Shown here piece after piece: positions 36,797 to 46,347 of a stretch of 64,000 bases of DNA; the first letter of the stretch is position 1; each line of letters opens with the position of its first letter. A model generated the notes under the pieces. It was given only the letters and a program-made list of their open reading frames with translations, was not told the DNA's origin and made no database searches. The stretch is from a virus, in the IMG/VR virus record IMGVR_UViG_3300045988_098461, positions 20,546 to 84,545 of that record; one strand, 5' to 3'. The translations under genes were made by a program, and so were the position numbers.

Positions 36797-37585
36797 ATGA
36801 TAGGAGCAATTATAGGTGATATTGTAGGCTCTAAATATGAGTTTAATAACACATTTGATTATAACTTTAAACTATTTGACGAAGGTTGTAATTTTACAGA
36901 TGATACTATCTGTACAATAGCCGTAGCAGATGCTATTCTTAAAGAAGGTGGTGATAAAAAGCCGAATGTCGGAGATTATTGTATCTCGCTTCAATACTGG
37001 TGTCAGAAGTATCTAAACCCAATGGGTGGGTATGGCGCAAGCTTCGCAAAATGGGTTCGTAGCTCTAATCCACAGCCTTATGATAGTTTTGGAAATGGAG
37101 CAGCTATGAGAGTTAGTCCTGTGGGTTGGGCATTCAAAGAAAATTCTGATATCATTCATCAGGCAATGATGAGCGCAAAGGTTTCGCATAGCCATGTTGA
37201 AGGATTGATTGGTGCTATTGCGGTAGCAGATTGTGTACATGCTTTAAAAGCATATAAACAAAAAGATTTGATTAGGGTAATAGCAAAACAATATTATGGC
37301 TCTGATTGGAATAAGAATCTTGTACCAAGAGGTAGATGGGCAGAAACTTGCCAAGAGTGCGTTCCTCTTGCCTTTAGAATAGTCCTTGATAGTGATAGCT
37401 TCGAGGACGCAATCAGAAATGCTGTATCCTACGGCGGTGATAGCGATACGATGGGAGCAATCGTTGGTTCAATCGCTCAGCCACTCTTTGGTATTCCACA
37501 AGAAATGAAGGAAAAAGCATTGAACTATCTCCCTTTGGATATGAAGAATGTAGTAACTAAATTTATTGATAGATATGGTGAATAA
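36797..37585 (+). CDS. ADP-ribosylglycohydrolase (DraG/Tri1-like ARH)
   Basis: Start at MIGAIIGDIVGSKYEF after TAGGAGATAC (36783-92). Also carries ...GAAMRVSPVGW... and ...SYGGDSDTMGAIVGSIA..., typical of the ARH family. Confidence 0.8.
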   Translation: MIGAIIGDIVGSKYEFNNTFDYNFKLFDEGCNFTDDTICTIAVADAILKEGGDKKPNVGDYCISLQYWCQKYLNPMGGYGASFAKWVRSSNPQPYDSFGNGAAMRVSPVGWAFKENSDIIHQAMMSAKVSHSHVEGLIGAIAVADCVHALKAYKQKDLIRVIAKQYYGSDWNKNLVPRGRWAETCQECVPLAFRIVLDSDSFEDAIRNAVSYGGDSDTMGAIVGSIAQPLFGIPQEMKEKALNYLPLDMKNVVTKFIDRYGE

Positions 37586-37910
37586 GGAAGATTTAATCAA
37601 GCACTGCCGATACTATAGAGGTGGTGAGAACCCAAATACCAACGAAAATATGGCTTGGTTTTGGGATATGGAAAGAGTGTATGTTAATAGCGAAGGAAAG
37701 TTTAAAGGTGAGGAAGAATATTATAAGAAAATCAATGGTAAGGAATATAAGGGGATTCCACATACATTGCTTATTATAATGTTCACTTCATGGGCTAAAG
37801 CAGCCTTCAATATTAAGGAAGAGATAGGTAGGTTCTATAAGCTGATAGACGAATACCTCTTTATCCCAAACGACCATTTCCCAGAGGATAAAATTCCAAA
37901 CGAACTATAA
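37575..37910 (+). CDS. hypothetical protein translationally coupled to the ARH
   Basis: Start MVNKEDL overlaps the end of the ARH gene. Confidence 0.45.
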   Translation: MVNKEDLIKHCRYYRGGENPNTNENMAWFWDMERVYVNSEGKFKGEEEYYKKINGKEYKGIPHTLLIIMFTSWAKAAFNIKEEIGRFYKLIDEYLFIPNDHFPEDKIPNEL

Positions 37911-37912
37911 CG

Positions 37913-37945
37913 AAAAAAGGTGCGCCGTAATGGTACACCTTTTTT
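37913..37945. terminator. bidirectional intrinsic terminator between convergent ARH and MuF-ART genes
   Basis: AAAAAAGGTG...CACCTTTTTT. Confidence 0.6.
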
Positions 37946-37947
37946 GT

Positions 37948-40752
37948 TTAATATCCGATATTGCTATCCTTTACATAAGATAAATCTCTTATTTCTTGCC
38001 CTATAACCTCGCAGTCTATGTAGGTCTTTCCACCTTCTTCATAAACCTTTGTTATTCGCATTCGTGTTCCTCTCTGAAAGAGTGTTTCGTGCTCGGAACT
38101 ATATGTTGAGAAACGACTTACTCCATCCCAACTTCTTTTATCACCACAACCGAAAGCAGAGAAAGGTTCTACGTAAGCAGCCTTTGTTCCTTTTGGTGCA
38201 TATATGTTCATAATAACACTTCGAGTATTGAAGCCTTTTCCTTTTCGGCTACCAGTTGACATAAAACCACCTTCTTGCATTTCCATTCCAACAAGGTCTT
38301 GAAGGTTTTTTGGCATAGAACCGCCAGCAAACTTAATTCGTGATTCAATAACTTTCATTCCATCATCACCTCTTGTAAACCACATATCGGTAGGAAGTTC
38401 GTTCTTTTCTATATAGCTTGTTATATTATTAACCTTCTCTATGAACCTTTCCTTCGTTTGGTAACTATCATATTTTCTTCCTTGTAATGGTTCATTTACA
38501 TCGCAATAATGATGAGTGTATTCGTATGTGAAATCTTTTTCTTTTTCTGTTGCTGCTATCCATTGTTTGGATGCAACATCTACGAGGGTTTTATCAGCTT
38601 TTGCACCATTACCCTTATCCCATACTGCGGCATCTTTCCTTGATTGAGAGAATCGGTCTGTATCAAATACAACATTCTTCGCATTTCGTTTTGCTTTCGC
38701 ATTAATAAGCGTTTCTTTCTTTTGCTTAGCTTCATAAAGCAACTGCTCAGCAAGGGTCTTATCCTTTGCGAGCATGGCGTGTTCAAGGTCATAGATAAGC
38801 TTATGATATATCTTGCTCTGTGTCTTATAACCTTTTACGTCAGCATAAGCTTTATTGATATTCACCCAATCAATCGCCGTTTTTACCTCATCAAGCTTTT
38901 TGAGATATGCCGCTTGCGATACCTTCCATGTAGCATACTTCTGTTGAACCCCGTGCATATTTCCACCAAGGAAATCAACTGCCTCAAATTGCAATTTGCT
39001 AACTTGCTTTTCAAGCGTCAAGCTTTGCCATTGAGCCAACTTTGCTTCTACGGCATCATATACTCCGTGCAATTCCTGGGACGTGAACTGCTTATGCCAC
39101 TTATTAACATCAGGGATGAGAGCAGAAAGTGATAATTCATCCTTTTTAATAGCAGAAATGGCGTTTGCGAGCGTTTTTGCTTCTTTCCTTGCTAATGTAT
39201 AGTTAGCAGACTTTAATGCGATTAGAACGGCAGAAACATCGGTTTCTCCGTAATTAGCAGCCACCTTCATAACATTTATCGCAACCTTGCGGTCAGTCCA
39301 TGCAAGTTTAGTCTGATAACCTCGCTTGAATCTATCAAACAAAGATGCTATCTCAGAAGCACTCTTTTTGTCCTTGATTGCGTAGCGGATAGCATAGTAA
39401 CGTTCAAAGAGGTCTTGGCTCTTTATATCCGTAACAGATTTGCTACCGAGCAGATTATGAACTAAGCCATTGTAATAGTCACGTCTATGCTTATCCCATC
39501 GGCTCTGTATCTTATCTATCTGCTCTTTAGTTCTAAGGGCGTGACGTTCCTTTGCCTTCGCAAGTATAAGCTCCTTAGAAGAAACCGCCTTTAACCCCAA
39601 TTTCTTGCGGTCTAACGGGCTTAAAAGATGTGCCCAATACTTTGTATTATCTTGTAAGTGCCAAGCCAATTTACCCCTCATTCCTGCCTTCACAATAGCT
39701 TCGGAGTTATCCTTAATGTACTGATTGTACTTCTCGGGCATAGTGAGCACGGCAAAAGGGGATACGTAGTTGCTCATATCCTCGCCAGCCATTAAGCGTT
39801 TATAAAACTCCTTTTTCTCATCGCCTTGTATAGTGATAGGGTCTGAGGTACAGATACATTGAGGATGCCAAGAAATCCATACGTAATCTTTCGGGTAGCG
39901 ACCTTCAAGGTCATTGCATATATCATCAATATTGTGCTGTGGTGATACGTGAATATACTGACCGATAACGAACGGCTCGTTCTGCCATCGCTCGTTTCTT
40001 GCCTTGTGATATGCGGCATTTATCTCCGTTCTTGCTACTCTGAGAGCATTCTTTCTTGCCGAGCGGTAAACACCCATGCCTACTTTCTCTAATGGCTCTT
40101 CAATAAAGCGCACCTTGCCGTCAATGATTCTACGTCTGCGCCAAGTCACCACATCTTTCTTCTTTCCGTTCTTCTGAACCTTGATGGTATGATAACGGCG
40201 ATACATCATATCTGGGTCATTAAGGTATCTGCGAATACTCTTGCCGATTTCCTCTGCTGATGAGCCTTGTTTGATTCCGTCCGCAATGGTGTTGCTCATA
40301 GCCATTTCAAACTCGCTCTTCGTCTGTTGGCAATAGTTCCAAACAATCTGAGCGAGATTCAATCCATTCTTTGTTTTCAAACGATTTGCAATAAACGTGG
40401 CTGCGGCGGTATCTCGTGCGACCCTTATTGCTTTATCAGTAAGCACGGAATAACCGCCTATAACCATTTCATCGTGGTTATACGCCAACGCAACGCCATC
40501 GGTGATGCCGCTCTTATAACAAAGAAGGCTATTCTGATAGTAATCATTAAAGATGTCGTTCAAACGAGCCTTTAACTGCGGAAAGTTATCAAAGTTAAAA
40601 AGCGCATCATCTTCGAGCACATCTTCTCCATAGCCAAGAGAGGTAAGCTTCTTGACATAATCGCTGTATAATCTGCCCAACCGCTTATTATAAACGGCGA
40701 ACAGATTATTCAGTTGTTCTTTCTGTTGTTTTGATGTGAGCTTCTTAGACAT
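37948..40752 (-). CDS. MuF/SPP1 gp7-type minor head protein fused to a C-terminal ADP-ribosyltransferase toxin domain
   Basis: MuF core ...HVSPQHNIDDICNDLEGRYPKDYVWISWHPQCICT.... The C-terminal ~190 aa carry the R-S-E triad: WFTRG, GGFMSTGS and SSEHETLFQRG (ExE). Confidence 0.8.
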   Translation of the reverse strand: MSKKLTSKQQKEQLNNLFAVYNKRLGRLYSDYVKKLTSLGYGEDVLEDDALFNFDNFPQLKARLNDIFNDYYQNSLLCYKSGITDGVALAYNHDEMVIGGYSVLTDKAIRVARDTAAATFIANRLKTKNGLNLAQIVWNYCQQTKSEFEMAMSNTIADGIKQGSSAEEIGKSIRRYLNDPDMMYRRYHTIKVQKNGKKKDVVTWRRRRIIDGKVRFIEEPLEKVGMGVYRSARKNALRVARTEINAAYHKARNERWQNEPFVIGQYIHVSPQHNIDDICNDLEGRYPKDYVWISWHPQCICTSDPITIQGDEKKEFYKRLMAGEDMSNYVSPFAVLTMPEKYNQYIKDNSEAIVKAGMRGKLAWHLQDNTKYWAHLLSPLDRKKLGLKAVSSKELILAKAKERHALRTKEQIDKIQSRWDKHRRDYYNGLVHNLLGSKSVTDIKSQDLFERYYAIRYAIKDKKSASEIASLFDRFKRGYQTKLAWTDRKVAINVMKVAANYGETDVSAVLIALKSANYTLARKEAKTLANAISAIKKDELSLSALIPDVNKWHKQFTSQELHGVYDAVEAKLAQWQSLTLEKQVSKLQFEAVDFLGGNMHGVQQKYATWKVSQAAYLKKLDEVKTAIDWVNINKAYADVKGYKTQSKIYHKLIYDLEHAMLAKDKTLAEQLLYEAKQKKETLINAKAKRNAKNVVFDTDRFSQSRKDAAVWDKGNGAKADKTLVDVASKQWIAATEKEKDFTYEYTHHYCDVNEPLQGRKYDSYQTKERFIEKVNNITSYIEKNELPTDMWFTRGDDGMKVIESRIKFAGGSMPKNLQDLVGMEMQEGGFMSTGSRKGKGFNTRSVIMNIYAPKGTKAAYVEPFSAFGCGDKRSWDGVSRFSTYSSEHETLFQRGTRMRITKVYEEGGKTYIDCEVIGQEIRDLSYVKDSNIGY

Positions 40753-41144
40753 TATTTACCCTTATAGTTCCTCTTGTAGAAAATAGCGATATTCACAGCA
40801 CCGTTATCTTCGTAATAATATCCTTTCTTCGTAAGGTACGACTTTACGGTTGCTGCCTCGTTGTTTTTTAGCTGATTAAAATCAATATTGATGTAACCAC
40901 CTAATTTCTTAGAAGTACCGTTTATAGCCTTGCTAATATCTACATTCGTCATATCCTTTATGTGTCGTGGCAAGGTTTTTGTGAATAAGGAAAACTTTGA
41001 ACGGTCTATTTCTGTGATATTCTGATAATTCATCTGCTTACTTTCTGCCTTTGATTTAATCTGAATATCTTTATTCGCATTTGTTCTGCTACTTGCAGCG
41101 TTTACACTGCTTATAGTACGTGTATTTCCACTTCCTTTTGCCAT
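40752..41144 (-). CDS. protein with conserved N-terminal MAKGSGNTR leader (family member 1)
   Basis: MAKGSGNTRTISSVNAASSRT..., located between the portal and MuF genes. Confidence 0.55.
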   Translation of the reverse strand: MAKGSGNTRTISSVNAASSRTNANKDIQIKSKAESKQMNYQNITEIDRSKFSLFTKTLPRHIKDMTNVDISKAINGTSKKLGGYINIDFNQLKNNEAATVKSYLTKKGYYYEDNGAVNIAIFYKRNYKGK

Positions 41145-41146
41145 AG

Positions 41147-42658
41147 TTATTCCTCCTCTTCTTCTTCATTGGAAACTGACTGTCTTCCACTTGCGGCACT
41201 ACCAAGTCCCGAAAGAGCTGCCTGCTGCGCCAACGCTTCTTCCTGTTCACTCTTCATTTCTTCCTCAACCTTATCAGGGTCATCATTGAGAGGGTTAAGC
41301 TCGATGGCACGGCGATTAGAGGTAGATTTCGCACCACCATTGGATGAAGTGATAAGTTGCAACATTTCAACATCATTCTTTGGTAGATATGGCTTGAAGA
41401 CTGGTTCAAAGTCAATCTGCTCAGCAACACTCTGGTCGATACCCTTTACGTAAACTCCCGTATTACAGATGCCGTTAGCTACGATATTCGAGCGGCGAGT
41501 AAACATTTCACCGAACATTTCTGTCTTCAAATCTGCTTTCATATAAGGAGCAGTGAACATCAAACGGATAGCCGCACCCGAGGTGTTGCTGCCCAAGGTT
41601 TTCATATTCTCAAAGCTGATATCGGCTGTTGAGGTGAATGAATAGATGATATTGAAGAGGTAAGCAATTTCACCCTTCACACTCTCAGGTGATTTATCCC
41701 ATGAAAGGACGTTCATACTTGCATCACTGCCACCTTGGAAGACTGTGCCTTGCTCGCCCTTCTCAGCGAAGCCCTCCAAACGACCTTTAATAAAGTACTT
41801 AGGCGTGCCGAAGTAGTCATTCGTATCACCCCAATTTGAGATACAAGTTTCCACTCTGTCAATAGCCCATTGAACATCTTCCCACTCAGCTTGGTCTTGT
41901 CTATAGTAAACGACAGGCACTTTGGTGAAGCCATGAGGTAGGGCAGAAATAAGCTTCCAACCTGCGCCATCAATATTAGTGTACTGATAGCACAATCTAT
42001 CTGTATATACATCAAAATGTAGCTCAGATTTTCCAAGCTCATCATATACATAGTACTCACGGGCGAAGCCGTCCATGATATGGAAATCGTTGAAATGAGG
42101 GTAGAGCTTATCGCCGTTTGAAGGTGAAAGCAACTGAACTCGGATTTCGCCTCGAAGCTTTCCCTCTGCGTCTGTTGGCATATACCATAACTCGGCGCAC
42201 TCACATTCCTTGAAGAGGGTACGGGCAAGTCGCTTATCGAAGTACTTCATCTTGTTGTCGTGATAGCAGTGCATGATGCCGTCATATAGCTTCTGCTGCT
42301 TATCGTCCATCTTCTTTATATCAACACCATGTGCCGTAGCTTTATAGGTAACGGCATTCATAAACAAGAAACCAACAGTAAGATTTGTGATTGACTTCTG
42401 AGCAGGGATAGCGATTCTTACTGGCTCAACTTTCTTATCCTTATAAATCGGTTTCTGTGTGATAGGGTCATACTGACCCGTAGGTACTTTGATTCGTTTC
42501 TTAGGACGGAAATCCTCATCAAAGATTTTATGCTTTGATGGATTCCATTGTTCTTCAAGCACACTCAGTGATGTCTTAAAGCCTTTCTTTCTTGCGGTCA
42601 ATACCGAGCGGACTGTGTTCGCATCTTGTATTGATACTATCTGTTCTATTGCTCTCAT
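41147..42658 (-). CDS. portal protein
   Basis: 503 aa between TerL and MuF, with an acidic C-terminal tail (NEEEEEE). Confidence 0.8.
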   Translation of the reverse strand: MRAIEQIVSIQDANTVRSVLTARKKGFKTSLSVLEEQWNPSKHKIFDEDFRPKKRIKVPTGQYDPITQKPIYKDKKVEPVRIAIPAQKSITNLTVGFLFMNAVTYKATAHGVDIKKMDDKQQKLYDGIMHCYHDNKMKYFDKRLARTLFKECECAELWYMPTDAEGKLRGEIRVQLLSPSNGDKLYPHFNDFHIMDGFAREYYVYDELGKSELHFDVYTDRLCYQYTNIDGAGWKLISALPHGFTKVPVVYYRQDQAEWEDVQWAIDRVETCISNWGDTNDYFGTPKYFIKGRLEGFAEKGEQGTVFQGGSDASMNVLSWDKSPESVKGEIAYLFNIIYSFTSTADISFENMKTLGSNTSGAAIRLMFTAPYMKADLKTEMFGEMFTRRSNIVANGICNTGVYVKGIDQSVAEQIDFEPVFKPYLPKNDVEMLQLITSSNGGAKSTSNRRAIELNPLNDDPDKVEEEMKSEQEEALAQQAALSGLGSAASGRQSVSNEEEEEE

Positions 42659-42686
42659 ATATGAATATTTTTTGTTATAACAAGGG

Positions 42687-42694
42687 CAAAGTTA
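42687..42694 (-). promoter_or_regulatory. -7 box TAACTTTG
   Basis: Plus strand reads caaagtta, 29 nt upstream of the portal ATG. Confidence 0.35.
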
Positions 42695-42754
42695 GTAATA
42701 ATATAACTTATATAGGCATGAAGAAGAAACCCTGTGTAAACAAAAGAAAAACGC

Positions 42755-42958
42755 CTATTTCGGCAGTCTTCCAATGTGCCAATGATTGCACTCACTACAA
42801 AGATATGCGGAGTAACCGAGTAGCCGCTTTTTCTTTATGTATCTTGCGGCTACCTTCTCATTATCAAAGGATAATTTGGCTACTCCTCTGCTATTATAGT
42901 GGGAGCGTTTACGATGATGCTCCCTTGGCTGTTTATCATATATTCGTTTCATAAGCAT
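42755..42958 (-). CDS. small basic Cys/His protein
   Basis: 67-aa ORF with ...YLCSECNHWHIG.... Confidence 0.4.
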   Translation of the reverse strand: MLMKRIYDKQPREHHRKRSHYNSRGVAKLSFDNEKVAARYIKKKRLLGYSAYLCSECNHWHIGRLPK

Positions 42959-42965
42959 TTCGATT

Positions 42966-44156
42966 TTAACCCATCAGACCGAGAATGTCGGCGGCTTGCA
43001 TTCCGCTGCCATAATCGCCCAATAACTTCTCCATAACAACATATCGGCATGCATCTATAGCGTGATTATACATATCTATAGGCTCATTAAGCCACTTTCC
43101 TTCCTTATCTTGGCGATAGGTATAATTATTAAATTCCCTTCTTACATTTGTAGAGCGTTTTGTTATATGAATTGTGTATTCTTGCATCTTCATAATACTA
43201 GCTTGAATAGAACCTTTGAACTTCTTTACAGGTTTTATATCAATACCAGCATTATAGATTTCATCTATCAGACGAGGGTCGGCACTCTCTGATATTACCT
43301 CAATATTTTTTTTATCCTCTTTCAATACTCTGATAATATCAGAAGAAAGCATTTCTGTCTGATAGCATATTTCATCTATATAGATAATCTTTCCGTAGAT
43401 ATATACATCAATAATCGCTGTAGGGTCATTGGAGTAACCAAAGTCAATGGCTCTGTATCGGTGTCTGTTCGCTTGAATAGGAATATAATCATCAATAACT
43501 ACATTCTTAAAAATCAAGCCCTCAACCATAGAACGCAATCCCAAACCATAAATACGCCAAAGGCTCGGATTCTTCCATTTAAGGCTCTCAATCTCAGCGA
43601 TAACCTTTGGCTCGAGGAAAGGATTATCCTTATAGGTGGATATAAACCAATAAGTGCTTTTTTCCTCGTTTACCTGATTTATCCAATGGTCTTCTGAGAA
43701 GGAAGGGTTATAATCAAGGATAGAGAACTCCGTGGTACGCATCTGTAGCTGCTGCCATTCGATGAAAGAAAGCTCATTCGCCTCATTTACGAAAAGTATC
43801 TTACGCTTAGAACCACGCACCTTCTGCTCGTTATCGGTGGAGAAGAACTCAATCCAAGAGCCGTTAGGGAAAGTATAAACGAACTCCGATTTATTCATGC
43901 ACTTATCATCCCACCAACCAAAGTTGAGCATTATATCCTTGAAATCACGATAGACAGTTCGTTTAATGGAAGGCATACCAGCACGAATGATGGAAACGGT
44001 CGTTCCAGCATAATTGAAGCAAAGCATACAGAGGAACTGCACAACAGAATAGGTCTTCGCAGAGCGTGAGCTTCCTTGAAGAGAGCAAGTTGTGAACCCT
44101 GCTTCTTTCGCTGCCTTTACCCTCATGTAGTTCTTTGCTAAATATACGTGCGGCAT
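42966..44156 (-). CDS. terL: terminase large subunit
   Basis: 396 aa with a Walker-A-like GSSRSAKT and a C-terminal nuclease-like half. Sits directly upstream of the portal. Confidence 0.9.
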   Translation of the reverse strand: MPHVYLAKNYMRVKAAKEAGFTTCSLQGSSRSAKTYSVVQFLCMLCFNYAGTTVSIIRAGMPSIKRTVYRDFKDIMLNFGWWDDKCMNKSEFVYTFPNGSWIEFFSTDNEQKVRGSKRKILFVNEANELSFIEWQQLQMRTTEFSILDYNPSFSEDHWINQVNEEKSTYWFISTYKDNPFLEPKVIAEIESLKWKNPSLWRIYGLGLRSMVEGLIFKNVVIDDYIPIQANRHRYRAIDFGYSNDPTAIIDVYIYGKIIYIDEICYQTEMLSSDIIRVLKEDKKNIEVISESADPRLIDEIYNAGIDIKPVKKFKGSIQASIMKMQEYTIHITKRSTNVRREFNNYTYRQDKEGKWLNEPIDMYNHAIDACRYVVMEKLLGDYGSGMQAADILGLMG

Positions 44157-44179
44157 ATCTCTATTATCCTTTATTGCTC

Positions 44180-44689
44180 TTATTTCTTTATTTCATCAAC
44201 TGTAACTAAGGTGTCGTTGTGCGAGCCGCCATGTGCTACGATAAGAATCTCTTTACATACCGCTCCGTTACATTTTCCTATTCCTTGTGTATTCCAACCA
44301 CAAGAAATACAGATACCTTCATTCTTTAATATTCTTGCAATCTCCTTCTTACATAAAGACCAATATTTGGCATTAGAGACATTTATCTCCAATTTCTCTT
44401 TGCCAAAATCCTTATATAGCAAAGATGCTTGTGTTACACTATAAGGTGGGTCGTATAATACCATATCAGCAGAATTAGATTTCTGCCCTTGAAGGAACTT
44501 TAATGCGTCAAGGTGATACTGAGTATCGCAGTTCGGATTTAAGTCATTGCGAATTGTTCCGAGCTTGCAATCCTTTGCGAATGGGTCAATAATAACACCA
44601 CCTTTATTATATTTATCAAAAAGTTCTTTGATTGGCTTTATACCGAAAGTATCACCACTTGGCATAGCCCATTTCTTCTGTATTTCCAT
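44180..44689 (-). CDS. small DNA methyltransferase (DPPY motif)
   Basis: VIIDPFA (motif I-like) and VLYDPPYS (motif IV). Confidence 0.65.
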   Translation of the reverse strand: MEIQKKWAMPSGDTFGIKPIKELFDKYNKGGVIIDPFAKDCKLGTIRNDLNPNCDTQYHLDALKFLQGQKSNSADMVLYDPPYSVTQASLLYKDFGKEKLEINVSNAKYWSLCKKEIARILKNEGICISCGWNTQGIGKCNGAVCKEILIVAHGGSHNDTLVTVDEIKK

Positions 44690-44693
44690 ATAT

Positions 44694-45197
44694 TTATTCT
44701 CCTATATTTTTATCTGGCTCAGCATCCTTCTTTTCTTTCTCTTTCTGAATCTCAGCGAGAATCTTCTGATACTCTTCATTGTTGGTAACAACGTGTACTT
44801 GCAATGGGTCTTGCTTAATCTGCTCGCCCTTGCTCGTAAGGTCGATGCGTTGAATCTTTCCGTAGGCTCTATCAATAACTCTTTCGAGCACATCAAGCCC
44901 TTTCTTGTCAAGTATTCCCTTGGCAATAATGCGTTGCATCATCGGGCGTGACTTATCTGTCAACACCGCCTCCAATTCGGCTTGGGGCAGGGTCGCGATA
45001 TACAGAAAAGACTCCGCGATAATCTGAGAGGAAGGCACTTCGTAACCCTTCTCCTTCATTTCTTCGATGAACAATGACATCGTCTTAGGCTTTGGCGGTC
45101 TACCCTTCGGGTTGCCAACTCCACCTTTTTTAAACTTACCTTTTTCAAGGTTTGCAAGCTGTCTTTTACGCTTGCTTTCATCTCTTGATAATGGCAT
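44694..45197 (-). CDS. terS: terminase small subunit (tentative)
   Basis: 167 aa with a basic N-terminus (KRKRQLANLEKGKFKKGGVGNPKGRPPK), upstream of TerL. Confidence 0.55.
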   Translation of the reverse strand: MPLSRDESKRKRQLANLEKGKFKKGGVGNPKGRPPKPKTMSLFIEEMKEKGYEVPSSQIIAESFLYIATLPQAELEAVLTDKSRPMMQRIIAKGILDKKGLDVLERVIDRAYGKIQRIDLTSKGEQIKQDPLQVHVVTNNEEYQKILAEIQKEKEKKDAEPDKNIGE

Positions 45198-45238
45198 ATT
45201 AATAACTTTTATTCCTAATTTATTCCCAACAATAGCTT

Positions 45239-45538
45239 TTATTTAAGAAAAGCATCTTTATTCTCTTTTTCCTCTGCTGCCATTTCTCGGCACATTTTTA
45301 GTACATTAAAGTACTCTCCAAGATTGTTGTTATAGAGCAGCTTTGCTATCTGCTGTACAAAAGATGACTTACGTCCATCTTGTTGTAAGGTCACTATCTG
45401 GCTCGCTGGCATCATCAAGAACTGCTCCATGATTTCAACCTTTTCCTTAGAGGAAAGAAGCTTCTTGGTAGGAAGCAGAAAACCCACTTCCTCCAAGATT
45501 TTTGTTTTGACTGATTTAACCTTCATACTTATCACCAT
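45239..45538 (-). CDS. hypothetical protein
   Basis: 99-aa ORF. Start is uncertain because it overlaps the end of folE. Confidence 0.4.
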   Translation of the reverse strand: MVISMKVKSVKTKILEEVGFLLPTKKLLSSKEKVEIMEQFLMMPASQIVTLQQDGRKSSFVQQIAKLLYNNNLGEYFNVLKMCREMAAEEKENKDAFLK

Positions 45539-46118
45539 TTACGAGGTTCATAAACTCAGCTCTCACTTGTGGGTTATCTTTGAAAGCACCTTCAAGGTAA
45601 GAAGAGGTCATAATACCCTTCTTCTTTGCGCCTCTGAACTCTTTGCAAGAATGATGACCCTTCATCACGAGAGCAATACCAAGTGGTGGGTATTCGCTAC
45701 CGAGAGCATTTTTCAGCATATCTACGATGTCGTGTACCAATCGCTCCTGTATCTGTAAGCGAGCGGAGCAGTAATCAACTACACGACCAATCTTAGAGAT
45801 ACCGAGAATCTTTCCCTTTGGGTTCGGAATATATGCGAACCAATACTTACCCCAAAACCAAACACAATGATGCTCGCAGTTTGAATGGAAATCTCCTTGG
45901 TCGATAACCATGTTATCATAGACGATACCGTCATCATTGTTATCAAAGGTGGTAATCTTCGGCTTCTGTGAAGGGTCATAACCTCTGAATATTTCTTTCC
46001 ACATTCTAATAATGCGGTCGGGCGTTCCCTCTAAGCCCTTGCGGTTAGGGTCTTCACCGATATACTCCAAGAGCTCTTTGATATGCTTTTCTGCTTTTTC
46101 TTTTGTAATCTTAGCCAT
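45516..46118 (-). CDS. folE: GTP cyclohydrolase I
   Basis: Start moved to MAKITKE. Carries ...HSNCEHHCVWFWGKYWFAYIPN..ILGISKIGRVVDYCSARLQIQERL.... Confidence 0.85.
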   Translation of the reverse strand: MAKITKEKAEKHIKELLEYIGEDPNRKGLEGTPDRIIRMWKEIFRGYDPSQKPKITTFDNNDDGIVYDNMVIDQGDFHSNCEHHCVWFWGKYWFAYIPNPKGKILGISKIGRVVDYCSARLQIQERLVHDIVDMLKNALGSEYPPLGIALVMKGHHSCKEFRGAKKKGIMTSSYLEGAFKDNPQVRAEFMNLVNGDKYEG

Positions 46119-46122
46119 ATTA

Positions 46123-46335
46123 TTAACCTTTCCAATATTCTTTATAATCTTGTTTCTCCTCCTCATTAGGCTCATATACCTCATAAGAAGTACCGCATTG
46201 CATACAATGATAGTAATCCACTACGGAATCATCATCCTCGCTGCGGTCACCTGATGAATCCCAACAAAGTTTCCCACCGCAATAAAAGCAGATAGGACGA
46301 TACTTTGTCGGGGTTTTCTTTTTATTCTTGCTCAT
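46123..46335 (-). CDS. small zinc-ribbon protein
   Basis: CFYCGG...CMQCG. Confidence 0.5.
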   Translation of the reverse strand: MSKNKKKTPTKYRPICFYCGGKLCWDSSGDRSEDDDSVVDYYHCMQCGTSYEVYEPNEEEKQDYKEYWKG

Positions 46336-46347
46336 AGGCGAAATGAT

